From positions 3,572 to 67,571 of the forward strand of contig JANQMA010000042.1 in NCBI GenBank assembly GCA_028280285.1: DNA of 64,000 nucleotides, in the 5' to 3' direction. A model generated the notes under the pieces. It was not told where the DNA came from. It was given only the letters and a program-made list of their open reading frames with translations, and searched no databases. This stretch comes from Candidatus Omnitrophota bacterium. GTDB lineage: Bacteria; Omnitrophota; Gorgyraeia; Zapsychrales; Zapsychraceae. Of this stretch, positions 39,018 through 48,427 are shown piece by piece (the stretch's first letter is position 1; every line of letters starts with the position of its first letter). The position numbers and the translations under genes were made by a program.

Positions 39018-39836
39018 ATGATTAATGCTGCCAAAAAAAATTCAACACTCATTTTCATTTTTATCATTTTTCTTTTGGCCTATGTCCCGACGCTGCAGTG
39101 GATGTGGGATCGCTGGTGGGCGGCTGATTCCTATTATAGTCATGGGGTTTTAGTTCCTTTTGTGACCGCGTATCTTATTTGGCAGCTTAAAGATGAATTA
39201 GCTAACATAAAACAAAGTGAATCTAAATGGGGCATCGTTTTTATTATTATTGGTGTTTTGTTGCATTTAGTAAGTGCGCTATTTCGAGTATATTTCAGCT
39301 CAGGATTTGCGATGTTGATCGTTTTTATCGGGATAGCGTTATATTTTTATGGTTACGAAATTTGTAAAAGGCTTGCTTTTCCGATCTTTTTTCTTGCGTT
39401 TATGCTGCCCTTGCCAGAGGTTGCCATTGTTAATATCAGTTTTAAACTGAAGATGTTTGCTGCCGAGCTTGCAACTGTTGCACTTAATGGAATGAATATT
39501 CCGGCTATCCGTGAAGGAAGTTTAATTAAAATGCCGCATGCCTTTGTTGTTGTTGACGACGTGTGTAGTGGGCTCCGTTCACTTATTTCCTTAACCGCCT
39601 TAGGAAGTATTTTTGCCTATTGGCTTAAAGGACCGATATGGAAACGCGCCATTGTTTTTTTAACAACAATTCCGATTGCGATTATAACAAATATGCTGCG
39701 AGTGATTTTTTTGGCATTTGTCAGCGAAGTGTGGGGGGCTGAATATATCGATGGTTTTATTCATGACGCATCAGGCTTTGCTGTTTTCGCTATTGCATTT
39801 GTGATGTTGTATGTGGTTAATAAAGTGATTGAATAA
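39018..39836 (+). CDS. Exosortase (EpsH-type, probably XrtA-like)
   Basis: Eight-TM protein with exosortase motifs around DDVCSGLRSLISL (Cys) and ITNMLRV (Arg). It is followed by epsI and PEP-CTERM genes. Confidence 0.8.
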   Translation: MINAAKKNSTLIFIFIIFLLAYVPTLQWMWDRWWAADSYYSHGVLVPFVTAYLIWQLKDELANIKQSESKWGIVFIIIGVLLHLVSALFRVYFSSGFAMLIVFIGIALYFYGYEICKRLAFPIFFLAFMLPLPEVAIVNISFKLKMFAAELATVALNGMNIPAIREGSLIKMPHAFVVVDDVCSGLRSLISLTALGSIFAYWLKGPIWKRAIVFLTTIPIAIITNMLRVIFLAFVSEVWGAEYIDGFIHDASGFAVFAIAFVMLYVVNKVIE

Positions 39837-40468
39837 TGAATAAAAATGTTATCACCACAACTATCATCATTTTACTTTTAGCTTTTTCAGGCTATATTTC
39901 ATGGAATTTCTATTTCAAGGAATATAATGCTGCCGATACCGTTAATATCCATCTTTTTCCGAAAACAATTGGTGAATGGGAATCGACTGAGTTGGTCGTA
40001 ACAGAAAAAGAAAAAGCCATTTTAGAGACCGATAATGTGTTCGTGCGAAATTATTTGACAAAATCGGGGAAAAAAGTACAATTGTTCATAGTTTATTCCC
40101 AGAGCAACCGCAAGGTTAGCCATCCGCCTGAAGTTTGCTATACAGGTGGAGGGATTTCGATCTTAGAAAAAAAGAAGACTCCGCTTCAAACAGGTGAAAC
40201 AAACTTTAACGCAATCCAAATGCTCATGGAGCAAGGACCAAATAAGCAGTATGTGTACTATTGGTTCAAAGTAGGAGACTCCTTTACGCCTAATTATTGG
40301 CAACAACAATTATTGATTGCCACTAAATCGCTTTTGAAACAGCCTTCAAGTAGTGCGCTGATCCGCGTTTCGGCGTATATTGGTAATAATGGTGGAGAAA
40401 AGGCGAAAAAAGACGTTGAGGAATTTATCCAGTTAATTCAGCCTGAATTAGCTACATATCTGCCCTAA
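39836..40468 (+). CDS. EpsI-family exosortase-associated protein
   Basis: N-terminal TM, motif KTIGEWES, about 200 aa. Its start overlaps the exosortase stop, consistent with translational coupling. Confidence 0.65.
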   Translation: MNKNVITTTIIILLLAFSGYISWNFYFKEYNAADTVNIHLFPKTIGEWESTELVVTEKEKAILETDNVFVRNYLTKSGKKVQLFIVYSQSNRKVSHPPEVCYTGGGISILEKKKTPLQTGETNFNAIQMLMEQGPNKQYVYYWFKVGDSFTPNYWQQQLLIATKSLLKQPSSSALIRVSAYIGNNGGEKAKKDVEEFIQLIQPELATYLP

Positions 40469-40536
40469 GTGACCAAAAGTAGTGGACTTACACGTTAAAA
40501 AGCCAAATAAATATTGTTGATTCAATGCGACAAATG

Positions 40537-40562
40537 TCTAGGAAAGTGAACACCTTTCTAGA
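40537..40562. promoter_or_regulatory. Near-palindrome TCTAGGAAAGTGAACACCTTTCTAGA, candidate UAS
   Basis: Lies about 135 bp upstream of the sigma-54 promoter at 40697. An AT-rich tract suited to IHF binding lies in between. Confidence 0.3.
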
Positions 40563-40696
40563 TAAATAATAGGGAGAGAGCCTTCTTATTTTTTTACAAA
40601 ATACCCTAATTTAGGAATTTATTTTTAAGTTACTGTAAATAATATAGTTATATAAAATATATAGTAATGTAAACTATATGTGAATTATAAGGAATT

Positions 40697-40712
40697 TGGC
40701 ACGCTTATTGCT
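40697..40712 (+). promoter_or_regulatory. Sigma-54 (-24/-12) promoter
   Basis: TGGCACGCTTATTGCT is a perfect match to TGGCAC-N5-TTGC with 12-nt GG/GC spacing. It sits 75 bp upstream of the 40786 start. Confidence 0.75.
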
Positions 40713-40785
40713 CTGTTAATGGGTAATGTTGCGATTTTGATAGCGTTTTCTCGCTATCGGCTAATTCCAAAAGAATATGTGAAAA

Positions 40786-41631
40786 ATGATGCAAAGAAAA
40801 GCCAAACAAATTAAACGAATCTCATTCGCTATGCTAATTGCTGTAGTTGGGTTGTATTGTACAGCAACAGCCTGGGCTGCTGTGTCCTATGTGCAGCCGA
40901 AAGATGCTGTTACTGCTCATAAGGTTACAACTCCAATTCCTGCAACAATTTCTGATGAGAACAAGTCGCGTGCGCCAGAACCGACAAGTTTGGCCCTGTT
41001 TGGGACAGGATTTTTTGGAATGGTCTTAAGCTTCATCCAACGAACCTATAGAGCAGCAAAGCGTACATTTGATGTTATTGCAGCCATTTTAGGCCTCATA
41101 GTTCTGTCTCCTCTTCTTCTTCTCGCAGCTGTGCTTGTGAAGGCGACGTCTAGGGGGCCTATTATTTACTCACAAACGCGTGTGGGAAAAGGTGGCGAGC
41201 TATTTGAGATATATAAATTCCGCACTATGCGTACAGATGCGGAAAAAGACACTGGTCCTGTGTGGGCCCAAACAAATGATAACCGTCTAACACCGGTTGG
41301 CGGTTTCTTAAGGAAAGCGCATATTGATGAGCTGCCACAGCTGATCAATATATTAAAGGGAGAGATGAGCCTTATCGGTCCACGTCCCGAAAGACCTGTC
41401 TTTGTGGAAGATTTCAAAGAACAGATTACAGATTACGAAAGACGTTTAGATGTTAAGCCAGGTTTAACTGGGTTGGCGCAAGTGTTTCATCGTTATGATG
41501 AAACCATTAATGATGTGCGTAAAAAGGTGAAGTACGATCTTCTTTATATTAAGAGGGTATGCTTTATGAGTGATATCCGCATCTTACTTCGCACCGTCCG
41601 TGTTGTATTTACGGGTGAAGGGGCTAAGTAG
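40786..41631 (+). CDS. Priming polyprenyl-phosphate sugar transferase (WbaP/EpsB C-terminal domain) with an N-terminal signal peptide and a PEP-CTERM-like motif in the same reading frame
   Basis: Residues ~90-280 are a bacterial sugar-transferase domain: KRTFDVIAAILGL...PVWAQ...LPQLINILKGEMSLIGPRPERP. Residues 1-80 read as signal peptide (MLIAVVGLYCTATAWA), ~35 aa, then APEPTSLALFGTGFFGMVLSFIQRTYRAAKR, a PEP + TM + basic sorting signal. There is no stop codon between the two parts. Confidence 0.7.
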   Translation: MMQRKAKQIKRISFAMLIAVVGLYCTATAWAAVSYVQPKDAVTAHKVTTPIPATISDENKSRAPEPTSLALFGTGFFGMVLSFIQRTYRAAKRTFDVIAAILGLIVLSPLLLLAAVLVKATSRGPIIYSQTRVGKGGELFEIYKFRTMRTDAEKDTGPVWAQTNDNRLTPVGGFLRKAHIDELPQLINILKGEMSLIGPRPERPVFVEDFKEQITDYERRLDVKPGLTGLAQVFHRYDETINDVRKKVKYDLLYIKRVCFMSDIRILLRTVRVVFTGEGAK

Positions 41632-41652
41632 GCGGAAAAGTGTCAAGGGCTT

Positions 41653-41696
41653 GTAAGAAGCCTATTTATATAGATGTAAGAAGATTGGCTTCTTAC
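41653..41696. promoter_or_regulatory. Inverted repeat GTAAGAAGCC...GGCTTCTTAC (10-bp arms, 24-nt spacer) upstream of the PEP-CTERM gene
   Basis: Seen directly in the sequence. There is also a direct repeat of gtaagaag. Confidence 0.3.
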
Positions 41697-41745
41697 CGGG
41701 GGTAATTTAGAAAAAGGTATAACTTAAACAAAAAAGGAAAGAAAA

Positions 41746-42573
41746 ATGAAAAAACTTTCAATTGTACTCATTGCGATGACATTTATTGCAAGTGCTGCAA
41801 CTGCATCTTGGGCTATTCCTTTTAGTCAAGATACAGGGTTTGACACCACTACAGTACTATCTAATGATGGTATTGCTAATGACCAAACAAATGATGTCAG
41901 ATGGAACACAACGATACCTACATTACCAGTAGATCTTCCTGCTGGTTACAGTATTGTTAGTCCAACTGATGCGGATAGCGTTAATACGCTAACTTGGGGT
42001 TTGGTTAATGATGCAGGTGGAGCCGGTGGTGATACTGGTGATAACTGGGGCAACAGCAACTTCAGCGGTCTAAGAGTATTAGGTTTTGCTGGGGATGTTA
42101 CACCAAATGAATGGACAACAATTTCACGTGTTTATCACCAAAACAATCAGATTCCTAGTGGTGTTGCATCATTGTTATCTGCAACAATCAAATCTACTCT
42201 TACAGTAGGTACTGTAGATCTTAATACTGTACCGTTTACTTTTGAGGAAACAAACAATAGTAATAGTCCTTGCGATGGTCCTGGTGGTCTTGGATCATGT
42301 CCAGATGTGTTTGCATTCAGTGCATTAGATTTCACACCTGTACATTTTACTTACAACTTCGTTCCATATGTTGCAGAGTTTCGACTTGCAAACTTTGTTG
42401 ATTCAACTCTAGTAATTGATGGAACTGATTTTGAACTTTGGACTAGAGAAGGTGTTACAAGTGCTGTGGATGTTGAGTTTAAATTGACTAGTACTGTTCC
42501 AGAGCCAGCATCAATGGTTCTTTTCGGAACTGGTCTTTTAGGCGCAGCTGTTAGACGTAAATTCATCGGCTAA
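41746..42573 (+). CDS. PEP-CTERM sorting-domain secreted protein (exosortase substrate)
   Basis: Signal peptide MKKLSIVLIAMTFIASAATASWA. T/N/G/S-rich body. C-terminal VPEPASMVLFGTGLLGAAVRRKFIG. Confidence 0.8.
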   Translation: MKKLSIVLIAMTFIASAATASWAIPFSQDTGFDTTTVLSNDGIANDQTNDVRWNTTIPTLPVDLPAGYSIVSPTDADSVNTLTWGLVNDAGGAGGDTGDNWGNSNFSGLRVLGFAGDVTPNEWTTISRVYHQNNQIPSGVASLLSATIKSTLTVGTVDLNTVPFTFEETNNSNSPCDGPGGLGSCPDVFAFSALDFTPVHFTYNFVPYVAEFRLANFVDSTLVIDGTDFELWTREGVTSAVDVEFKLTSTVPEPASMVLFGTGLLGAAVRRKFIG

Positions 42574-42596
42574 TTTATTAGTTGATTGATTATATA

Positions 42597-42650
42597 AAAT
42601 CCCCCGGTTGCTTCGCTTATGCGACAAAGCGGCCGGGGGTTTTTTATTAC
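42597..42650 (+). terminator. Rho-independent terminator
   Basis: GC-rich stem CCCCCGG...CCGGGGG followed by TTTTTTATT, immediately after the PEP-CTERM gene. Confidence 0.65.
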
Positions 42651-42697
42651 TTCCATTTGTTGCAACATATTAAAAAATCATTTAAGATGATTTTCTC

Positions 42698-43465
42698 ATG
42701 AAATTTAGATACAAAAATAAGAAGTTTGATATTAGCGGCACCTCTAAAGGGGATCATATTTATAAAAGCATTTGTAATGACCGGGTGTTTTATGAAATCG
42801 ATCTCTTGGAATATGCTGCACAATTGGTCAAAGGCCCAAACAAACCGGATAGCCTGGCCATAGATGCCGGGGCGAATATCGGTAATCATTCTATATTCTT
42901 TCAATCATTTATTGTTGAGCATCTCATCGCGGTTGAGCCTAATCCGGATACATTGCCGATACTGAAAAGTAATTTAGAAAAAAATATTCAGCATTACACT
43001 ATATATGAAAATGGTCTTGGCGAATCGTTCGGGCAGGGTTCGATTATTTTACCTGACTGCGATAAAGGTAATAAAGGGATGGCGCAAATAGGCCTTGGGG
43101 AAGGTGAGATTCAGGTGATTACACTCGATGCATTGGTCAAGGATTGGCAGGACAAAAATAATTTAAATGGACATGTGGCACTCATTAAAATTGATGTTGA
43201 AGGGATGGAGCTGGCGGTGCTTAAAGGGGCAGTCGAAACACTTAAAAAATACAGGCCCCACTTGCTGATCGAGGCGACGACCCCTCCGAAATTAGAAGAG
43301 TTTAAGGAGTTTTTAAGTGAGTTTGGATACGGTCCTATCTGTCATTTTGCGGCTACACCTGTCTATCATTTTTGCCATAAACCTACACAATACGCCCGTC
43401 TTAAAGCTGCGTTTATGAAACTGTATTTGAAAATAAAAAGAAGGCTTCTGAAAATCTTTTCCTGA
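42698..43465 (+). CDS. FkbM-family SAM-dependent methyltransferase
   Basis: AIDAGANIGNHSIFF and HLIAVEPNPD motifs typical of FkbM-family methyltransferases. Confidence 0.55.
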   Translation: MKFRYKNKKFDISGTSKGDHIYKSICNDRVFYEIDLLEYAAQLVKGPNKPDSLAIDAGANIGNHSIFFQSFIVEHLIAVEPNPDTLPILKSNLEKNIQHYTIYENGLGESFGQGSIILPDCDKGNKGMAQIGLGEGEIQVITLDALVKDWQDKNNLNGHVALIKIDVEGMELAVLKGAVETLKKYRPHLLIEATTPPKLEEFKEFLSEFGYGPICHFAATPVYHFCHKPTQYARLKAAFMKLYLKIKRRLLKIFS

Positions 43466-43471
43466 TGAGCC

Positions 43472-44914
43472 ATGTTTTTTAATTCTTTTGAATATGCCGT
43501 ATTTCTGCCAGTTGTTTTTTTGATTTACTGGTTTATTTTACGTGAAAATCTTAAGCTCCAAAATATTTGGATTATCGCGGCGAGCTATTTTTTTTATGCC
43601 TGTTGGGATGTGCGGTTTCTTTCCTTAATTGTTATAAGTTCAACCGTCGATTATTCTGTTGGTTTAGCTTTAGGGCGCGCGACTACCTGCTTACGACGCA
43701 AACTCCTTCTTTGGATCAGCATTTTAACCAATCTAGGTATTCTTGGAATTTTTAAATACTACAATTTTTTTATTGATTCGCTTTTGCATTTAACCCCTGG
43801 TTTGCAGGATATTTTAGGACATACCACATTAAATATTGTCCTTCCCGTAGGAATTAGCTTCTATACTTTTCAGACTTTAAGTTATACGATTGACGTTTAT
43901 AAAGGTAAACTTCAACCGACCAAAGACATCGTAGCGTTTTTTGCTTTTGTAAGCTTTTTTCCTCAGCTTGTGGCCGGCCCGATTGAGCGCGCCACAAATT
44001 TACTACATCAATTTTCGCATAAACGGCAATTCGATTATGAAAAAGCGGCAGATGGGATGCGGCAGATTTTATGGGGTTTATTTAAAAAGACTATGATTGC
44101 CGATATCTGTGCGGTTTATGTCGATGATATTTTTTCCAATTGGACCGGATATTCCGGAAGCACATTACTGATTGGGGTGGTACTGTTTGCTGTTCAAATT
44201 TATTGCGATTTTTCTGGGTATTCTGATATCGCGATCGGAACAGCACGCCTTTTTGGCTTTAATTTAATGCGTAATTTTGCTTATCCTTATTTTTCTCGTG
44301 ACATAGCTGAATTTTGGCGAAGGTGGCATATTTCTCTGTCAACATGGTTTCGCGATTATCTTTATATTCCGCTTGGAGGAAGCCGTGTCTCTTTTGGGAA
44401 AAAAATCAGAAATGTCTTTATTGTTTTTATCCTGAGCGGGCTTTGGCATGGGGCCAATTGGACTTTTGTCTTTTGGGGGCTCATTAATGCGCTATTTTTC
44501 TTACCCTTAATTTTAGCAGGAAAGAATCGAACGCACACGGATCTTCCTGCAGAAGGACGAATGTTTCCTGGTTTGAGAGAATGCTTTCAAATCAGCGGCA
44601 CTTTTTTCATTACAAATATTGCTTGGATATTTTTTAGAGCCAATGATTTGAATCATGCTTTCGGGTATTTAAAACGATTATTTAGTATTAGTTTGTTTTC
44701 CAGGCCAGATGTGATTCCTCTAACCTCTTTTCTTGCGACGCTGGGAATCTTTATCATTATTGAATGGATACAAAGAGAAAAGAATCATGTCCTTGAGATA
44801 GAACATTTCGCATTGCCAAAGGTTATCAGGTGGTCTATTTATTCTCTACTCATTTGTGTGATGGGAGTGGGAATGCGCACCACAGAAACGGCGTTCATTT
44901 ATTTCCAATTTTAA
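43472..44914 (+). CDS. MBOAT-family membrane O-acyltransferase (AlgI/DltB-like)
   Basis: MFFNSFEYAVFLPVVFLIYW start and catalytic-His region RRWHISLSTWFRDYLYIPLGG. 480 aa. Confidence 0.85.
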   Translation: MFFNSFEYAVFLPVVFLIYWFILRENLKLQNIWIIAASYFFYACWDVRFLSLIVISSTVDYSVGLALGRATTCLRRKLLLWISILTNLGILGIFKYYNFFIDSLLHLTPGLQDILGHTTLNIVLPVGISFYTFQTLSYTIDVYKGKLQPTKDIVAFFAFVSFFPQLVAGPIERATNLLHQFSHKRQFDYEKAADGMRQILWGLFKKTMIADICAVYVDDIFSNWTGYSGSTLLIGVVLFAVQIYCDFSGYSDIAIGTARLFGFNLMRNFAYPYFSRDIAEFWRRWHISLSTWFRDYLYIPLGGSRVSFGKKIRNVFIVFILSGLWHGANWTFVFWGLINALFFLPLILAGKNRTHTDLPAEGRMFPGLRECFQISGTFFITNIAWIFFRANDLNHAFGYLKRLFSISLFSRPDVIPLTSFLATLGIFIIIEWIQREKNHVLEIEHFALPKVIRWSIYSLLICVMGVGMRTTETAFIYFQF

Positions 44915-44916
44915 CT

Positions 44917-45855
44917 ATGCATCTACACTTTACTAAAAAAATCAGTTTTTTTCTCTTATTTGCAGGATTATTCTATGTTATTTTCTTAGCTGTTTGTGTG
45001 AAATTTTTTCCTTCCTTTGCTAAAAATGTGAATTATAGAATAGGCTCATATGGTCATATGTATTCTCGCATCCAAGATTTAAAATCATATGGAAAAGTCG
45101 ACGTTCTATTTTTGGGATCTTCGCATGCTTATAGAGGATTTGATCCGAGAATTTTTAAAAGTAACGGTATCCGTTCTTTTACCCTTGGATCCAGTTCCCA
45201 AACTCCTATTCAAACAGAGATTTTGGCCCGTAGATATGTTGACATTTTGCAACCAAAATTAGTGATCTTTGAAGTTTTTCCTGACGTTTTCGAGGCCGAT
45301 GGTGTCGAGTCATCATTAGACTTAATAGCTAATGACACAATTGGATGGGATACGTTCAAGATGGCCTTAACACTGAAGCACCTTAAGACATTTAATACTT
45401 TGTTATATGGTTTGTTTCGACAAATTTTTCTATTGGATAGTAACTTTGTTGAAGAAAAAAAGAGAGGGGAAGATGAGTATATTAGTGGAGGTTTTGTTGA
45501 AAAAAGCATGTCCTATTTTGATAATTCCGAAACCTTTAAAGAAAAAAAATGGGAATTTAGGTCCTATCAAAAAGAAGCTTTTGAAAGAAGTTTGTTTTAT
45601 TTCAAAGGGAAGGATATAGATGTTGTGTTAGTGACGGCTCCGGTGACGAAAGAGCTTTACCGGTCTTATACTAACAATGAAGAAATAGATTCTTATTTTG
45701 AGAATATATGTGCGAAAAATTCATTGTGTAAGGGGTATTATAACTTTAATGAGATATTAGATCTCGATTCACATCTTAATTTTTACGACAAGCATCATTT
45801 AAACCAAAGAGGTGTAGAAATTTTTAATAAAAGTTTAATAGATAATGTTATCTAA
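44917..45855 (+). CDS. AlgI-partner protein, putative periplasmic O-acetyltransferase (AlgJ/AlgX/DltD-like)
   Basis: Starts 3 nt after the algI-like stop. N-terminal TM anchor, then DVLFLGSSHAYRGFDP (SGNH/DltD-like). Assigned mainly on synteny. Confidence 0.4.
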   Translation: MHLHFTKKISFFLLFAGLFYVIFLAVCVKFFPSFAKNVNYRIGSYGHMYSRIQDLKSYGKVDVLFLGSSHAYRGFDPRIFKSNGIRSFTLGSSSQTPIQTEILARRYVDILQPKLVIFEVFPDVFEADGVESSLDLIANDTIGWDTFKMALTLKHLKTFNTLLYGLFRQIFLLDSNFVEEKKRGEDEYISGGFVEKSMSYFDNSETFKEKKWEFRSYQKEAFERSLFYFKGKDIDVVLVTAPVTKELYRSYTNNEEIDSYFENICAKNSLCKGYYNFNEILDLDSHLNFYDKHHLNQRGVEIFNKSLIDNVI

Positions 45856-47288
45856 ATGTATTTAAACTTCCGTTCGTAATCAATTTCCATGCCCCAGCGG
45901 AAGCGGGCGTAGGGCTCGACGATGATGTCGATGTCGCGTGAGGTGAGTTTTCCTCTGAAATAATCGAAGAAAGCATCAGCACACATGTTTTGAAACTGAT
46001 GCTTGTCATGTGTGGTGACCGGCCCTTTTTTAATCTGAATCTCAAGTTTTGGTTTACGATCCCGGTCACTTAGATGAAAGTAGCCGGTGGTACGCTTGGC
46101 GATTTCCGGATGCGTGTAGATAATATCCTGAACCTGGGCAGGATAAATTTTTATATCATTCACTGCTAAAAATTCGACTTTCCCAAAGGCCAGCACTAAA
46201 GGCGAGTTAAAATGGGGTAGAAGTTTTTCGGTATTCAAGGCATCTTCCGCAAGGATCTGATTTAGTTTCGAATAAGGAATAATGTGCCCGGCATCTTTTG
46301 TATTATAGCGTATCAAAGGTAGCTGAGACTTTTTATTGAGTGTTGTGACGACAATCTCACCCTGCACCTCTTCGACATAAAAGGCCTGAGGAAAATAATT
46401 AAAGCACATCGGAAGGTAGGGAGGAGCATCTTTGCCTAAAAGCTCTTTACGCAGTTTTTCATTTTTCTGAAGGATTTTACGCAGACGGATTGTCTCCATA
46501 CTTTCAAAAAATAGATTAAAACCAAATTCCGACATGCCCATCGAAGAAAGGATTGAGCCTGTGGCCGGATCAGTCGGATTGATTTTTAAAAGACCTGAAA
46601 GGTATTCACGCAGACTCTCCGGCAGATAAACCCCGCCCAATACTAAATGTAGTTTGAGCGGATTTAAATCAATGCCGGCACTGATCGCCTCTTCCAGCGA
46701 GTTTTTGATAAAATAATTATCGCCGATAATAACGGTCTGATCATAATGATGCGACATGGTTTGGATCAGATAGAGCAAAGAGTCGGTACGCGGGCCAATT
46801 TCGGCAAACGTACAATCAATAAAACTCGGCACTTTGACGGAAAGGCAATTAATAATAAGTGTTTTTTCAGAGAGAATGTTGTAATAATGATCAAGAATAA
46901 GTTCCAGAAAACGCGTATTGCGTCTGATCTCCTCATGCGAGTTAATACCAAAAGAAAATGAGCCGGTTGCCCCGGATGACAGTAAAACAGAATTTACATC
47001 TTCGATATTCATTTGCTCGAGGATATTGCCAATATCCCCATAAATTAAACCTTTATCCGTTAACGGCACATTGGTTTTAAATGATTCGATTGATGTAACA
47101 TCGATGCTTTCAATATCTGTCTTTTTACTTAAAAAATCTTTGTAAGGTTGCACATGACGGAAGGCGTGGTAAAACATCTGGAGTGCACTGTCCTCAGAGG
47201 TGCCGAGCAAATGATCAGGGTTAACCGTACGGCAGTTTTTGATAATGCTATTATAGCGATTTTTTTTGATTCTTTTTAAAAGTACCAT
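45852..47288 (-). CDS. Adenylate-forming enzyme (LuxE/PaaK/CapK-like acyl-protein or acyl-CoA synthetase superfamily)
   Basis: 478 aa with LLSSGATGSFSFGI (an AMP-binding-like P-loop variant) and a LuxE-like N-terminal region. Confidence 0.35.
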   Translation of the reverse strand: MVLLKRIKKNRYNSIIKNCRTVNPDHLLGTSEDSALQMFYHAFRHVQPYKDFLSKKTDIESIDVTSIESFKTNVPLTDKGLIYGDIGNILEQMNIEDVNSVLLSSGATGSFSFGINSHEEIRRNTRFLELILDHYYNILSEKTLIINCLSVKVPSFIDCTFAEIGPRTDSLLYLIQTMSHHYDQTVIIGDNYFIKNSLEEAISAGIDLNPLKLHLVLGGVYLPESLREYLSGLLKINPTDPATGSILSSMGMSEFGFNLFFESMETIRLRKILQKNEKLRKELLGKDAPPYLPMCFNYFPQAFYVEEVQGEIVVTTLNKKSQLPLIRYNTKDAGHIIPYSKLNQILAEDALNTEKLLPHFNSPLVLAFGKVEFLAVNDIKIYPAQVQDIIYTHPEIAKRTTGYFHLSDRDRKPKLEIQIKKGPVTTHDKHQFQNMCADAFFDYFRGKLTSRDIDIIVEPYARFRWGMEIDYERKFKYI

Positions 47289-48427
47289 TGGATTTGCAAA
47301 TAATAAAGATCGTTGTAGCTGTCGAACTCGCTTAAAGATTTGCCCCAGAAAAATTGTCCGCCGACAGTCAAATCAAGACTTTCCGAGAGGCTATATTTCA
47401 CCTCCGGGTTTAAAGCCAAACTTTCACCTTCCCAATCATAGATAAGATATGTGTTAAAGTCAATCAGAGGTGTGAATTTATACTGCACCCAGAGCGATGT
47501 CAGGTGTTTTTTAAGAGATAGCAATTCGCGTGCGGTGTTAAAGTCGCCCAAAAAAGAGGCGGCATCATTATCATCCGCACCGCCATTGTAGAAATGCTCC
47601 ATTAAAATATAAATCTTGTCATTGACGTTATAATCTACGCCGATACTTGCCCGGGCAAACTCACGGTTATTATCAAAAATATTGTGTGTAATTTCCCCGC
47701 GCAAGCCTGCCTGTTTGATGTACCCATCAAAGGCAATGCCGAAAGAGACATTATGACGGACTTCAGCGGCGATGAGCGAGATATCATAGGTGCCGATAGT
47801 CTTATATATCTTGGCGCCATAGCTTTGTTTACTATTATGATCACCGGGGATATAAATCAGATTAATGCCAGAAAAATCGGAAATCGCATAGTTAAGGTTG
47901 ATGGCGTCCGCCCCGACGCGCTCGTCATGTTCAATATCAATTGGTCCTGGCGTATTAAATAAGTCGATGGGGGAGTAAAAGCGCATCTTACCCCAATCGA
48001 TGGCTTGCTTACCGATGACGGCTTGAAGCTTAGGGCTATAGTATTTGATGTAGGCGCGGTAAACAGCATGGCGGGAATAACGGTGGCCGGTGTCACTGGA
48101 CACCTTATCCCAATCCAGTGTGGCGGTATTATCTTGCATCTTAGAACGGGTAAAGGCAAAGTCGGATGTATTGCCGGCATCACTTAAGATAAGTTCATTA
48201 TCAAGGGCCACATACACTTGCCAATTGTCATTAAAGGCGTGATTGTATTTGATACGCAGACGATTGGTTAAAGCAAAGAGTTCTTCTTGCGTAGATGTTG
48301 ATTGTGTGCTGACCAGAAGCGACTTGTAATAGCCGGTGAGATTATGCCTGCCATCATGCTCATCAGCGTGAGCAATACCGGAGGCAAGAAGGTAGATCAG
48401 AACAATAACCGTTATTGTGCGTTTCAT
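47276..48427 (-). CDS. Outer-membrane beta-barrel protein (putative porin/export channel)
   Basis: Signal peptide ...GIAHA. Alternating amphipathic strands. C-terminal aromatic ...QIQWYF. Confidence 0.45.
   Translation of the reverse strand: MKRTITVIVLIYLLASGIAHADEHDGRHNLTGYYKSLLVSTQSTSTQEELFALTNRLRIKYNHAFNDNWQVYVALDNELILSDAGNTSDFAFTRSKMQDNTATLDWDKVSSDTGHRYSRHAVYRAYIKYYSPKLQAVIGKQAIDWGKMRFYSPIDLFNTPGPIDIEHDERVGADAINLNYAISDFSGINLIYIPGDHNSKQSYGAKIYKTIGTYDISLIAAEVRHNVSFGIAFDGYIKQAGLRGEITHNIFDNNREFARASIGVDYNVNDKIYILMEHFYNGGADDNDAASFLGDFNTARELLSLKKHLTSLWVQYKFTPLIDFNTYLIYDWEGESLALNPEVKYSLSESLDLTVGGQFFWGKSLSEFDSYNDLYYLQIQWYF

Noticed and set aside
41687-41701. TGGCTTCTTACCGGG upstream of the PEP-CTERM gene as a possible third sigma-54 promoter
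   Set aside because: There is no GC dinucleotide at the -12 spacing, and the -24 element is TGGCTT. It is better described as one arm of the inverted repeat at 41653-41696.
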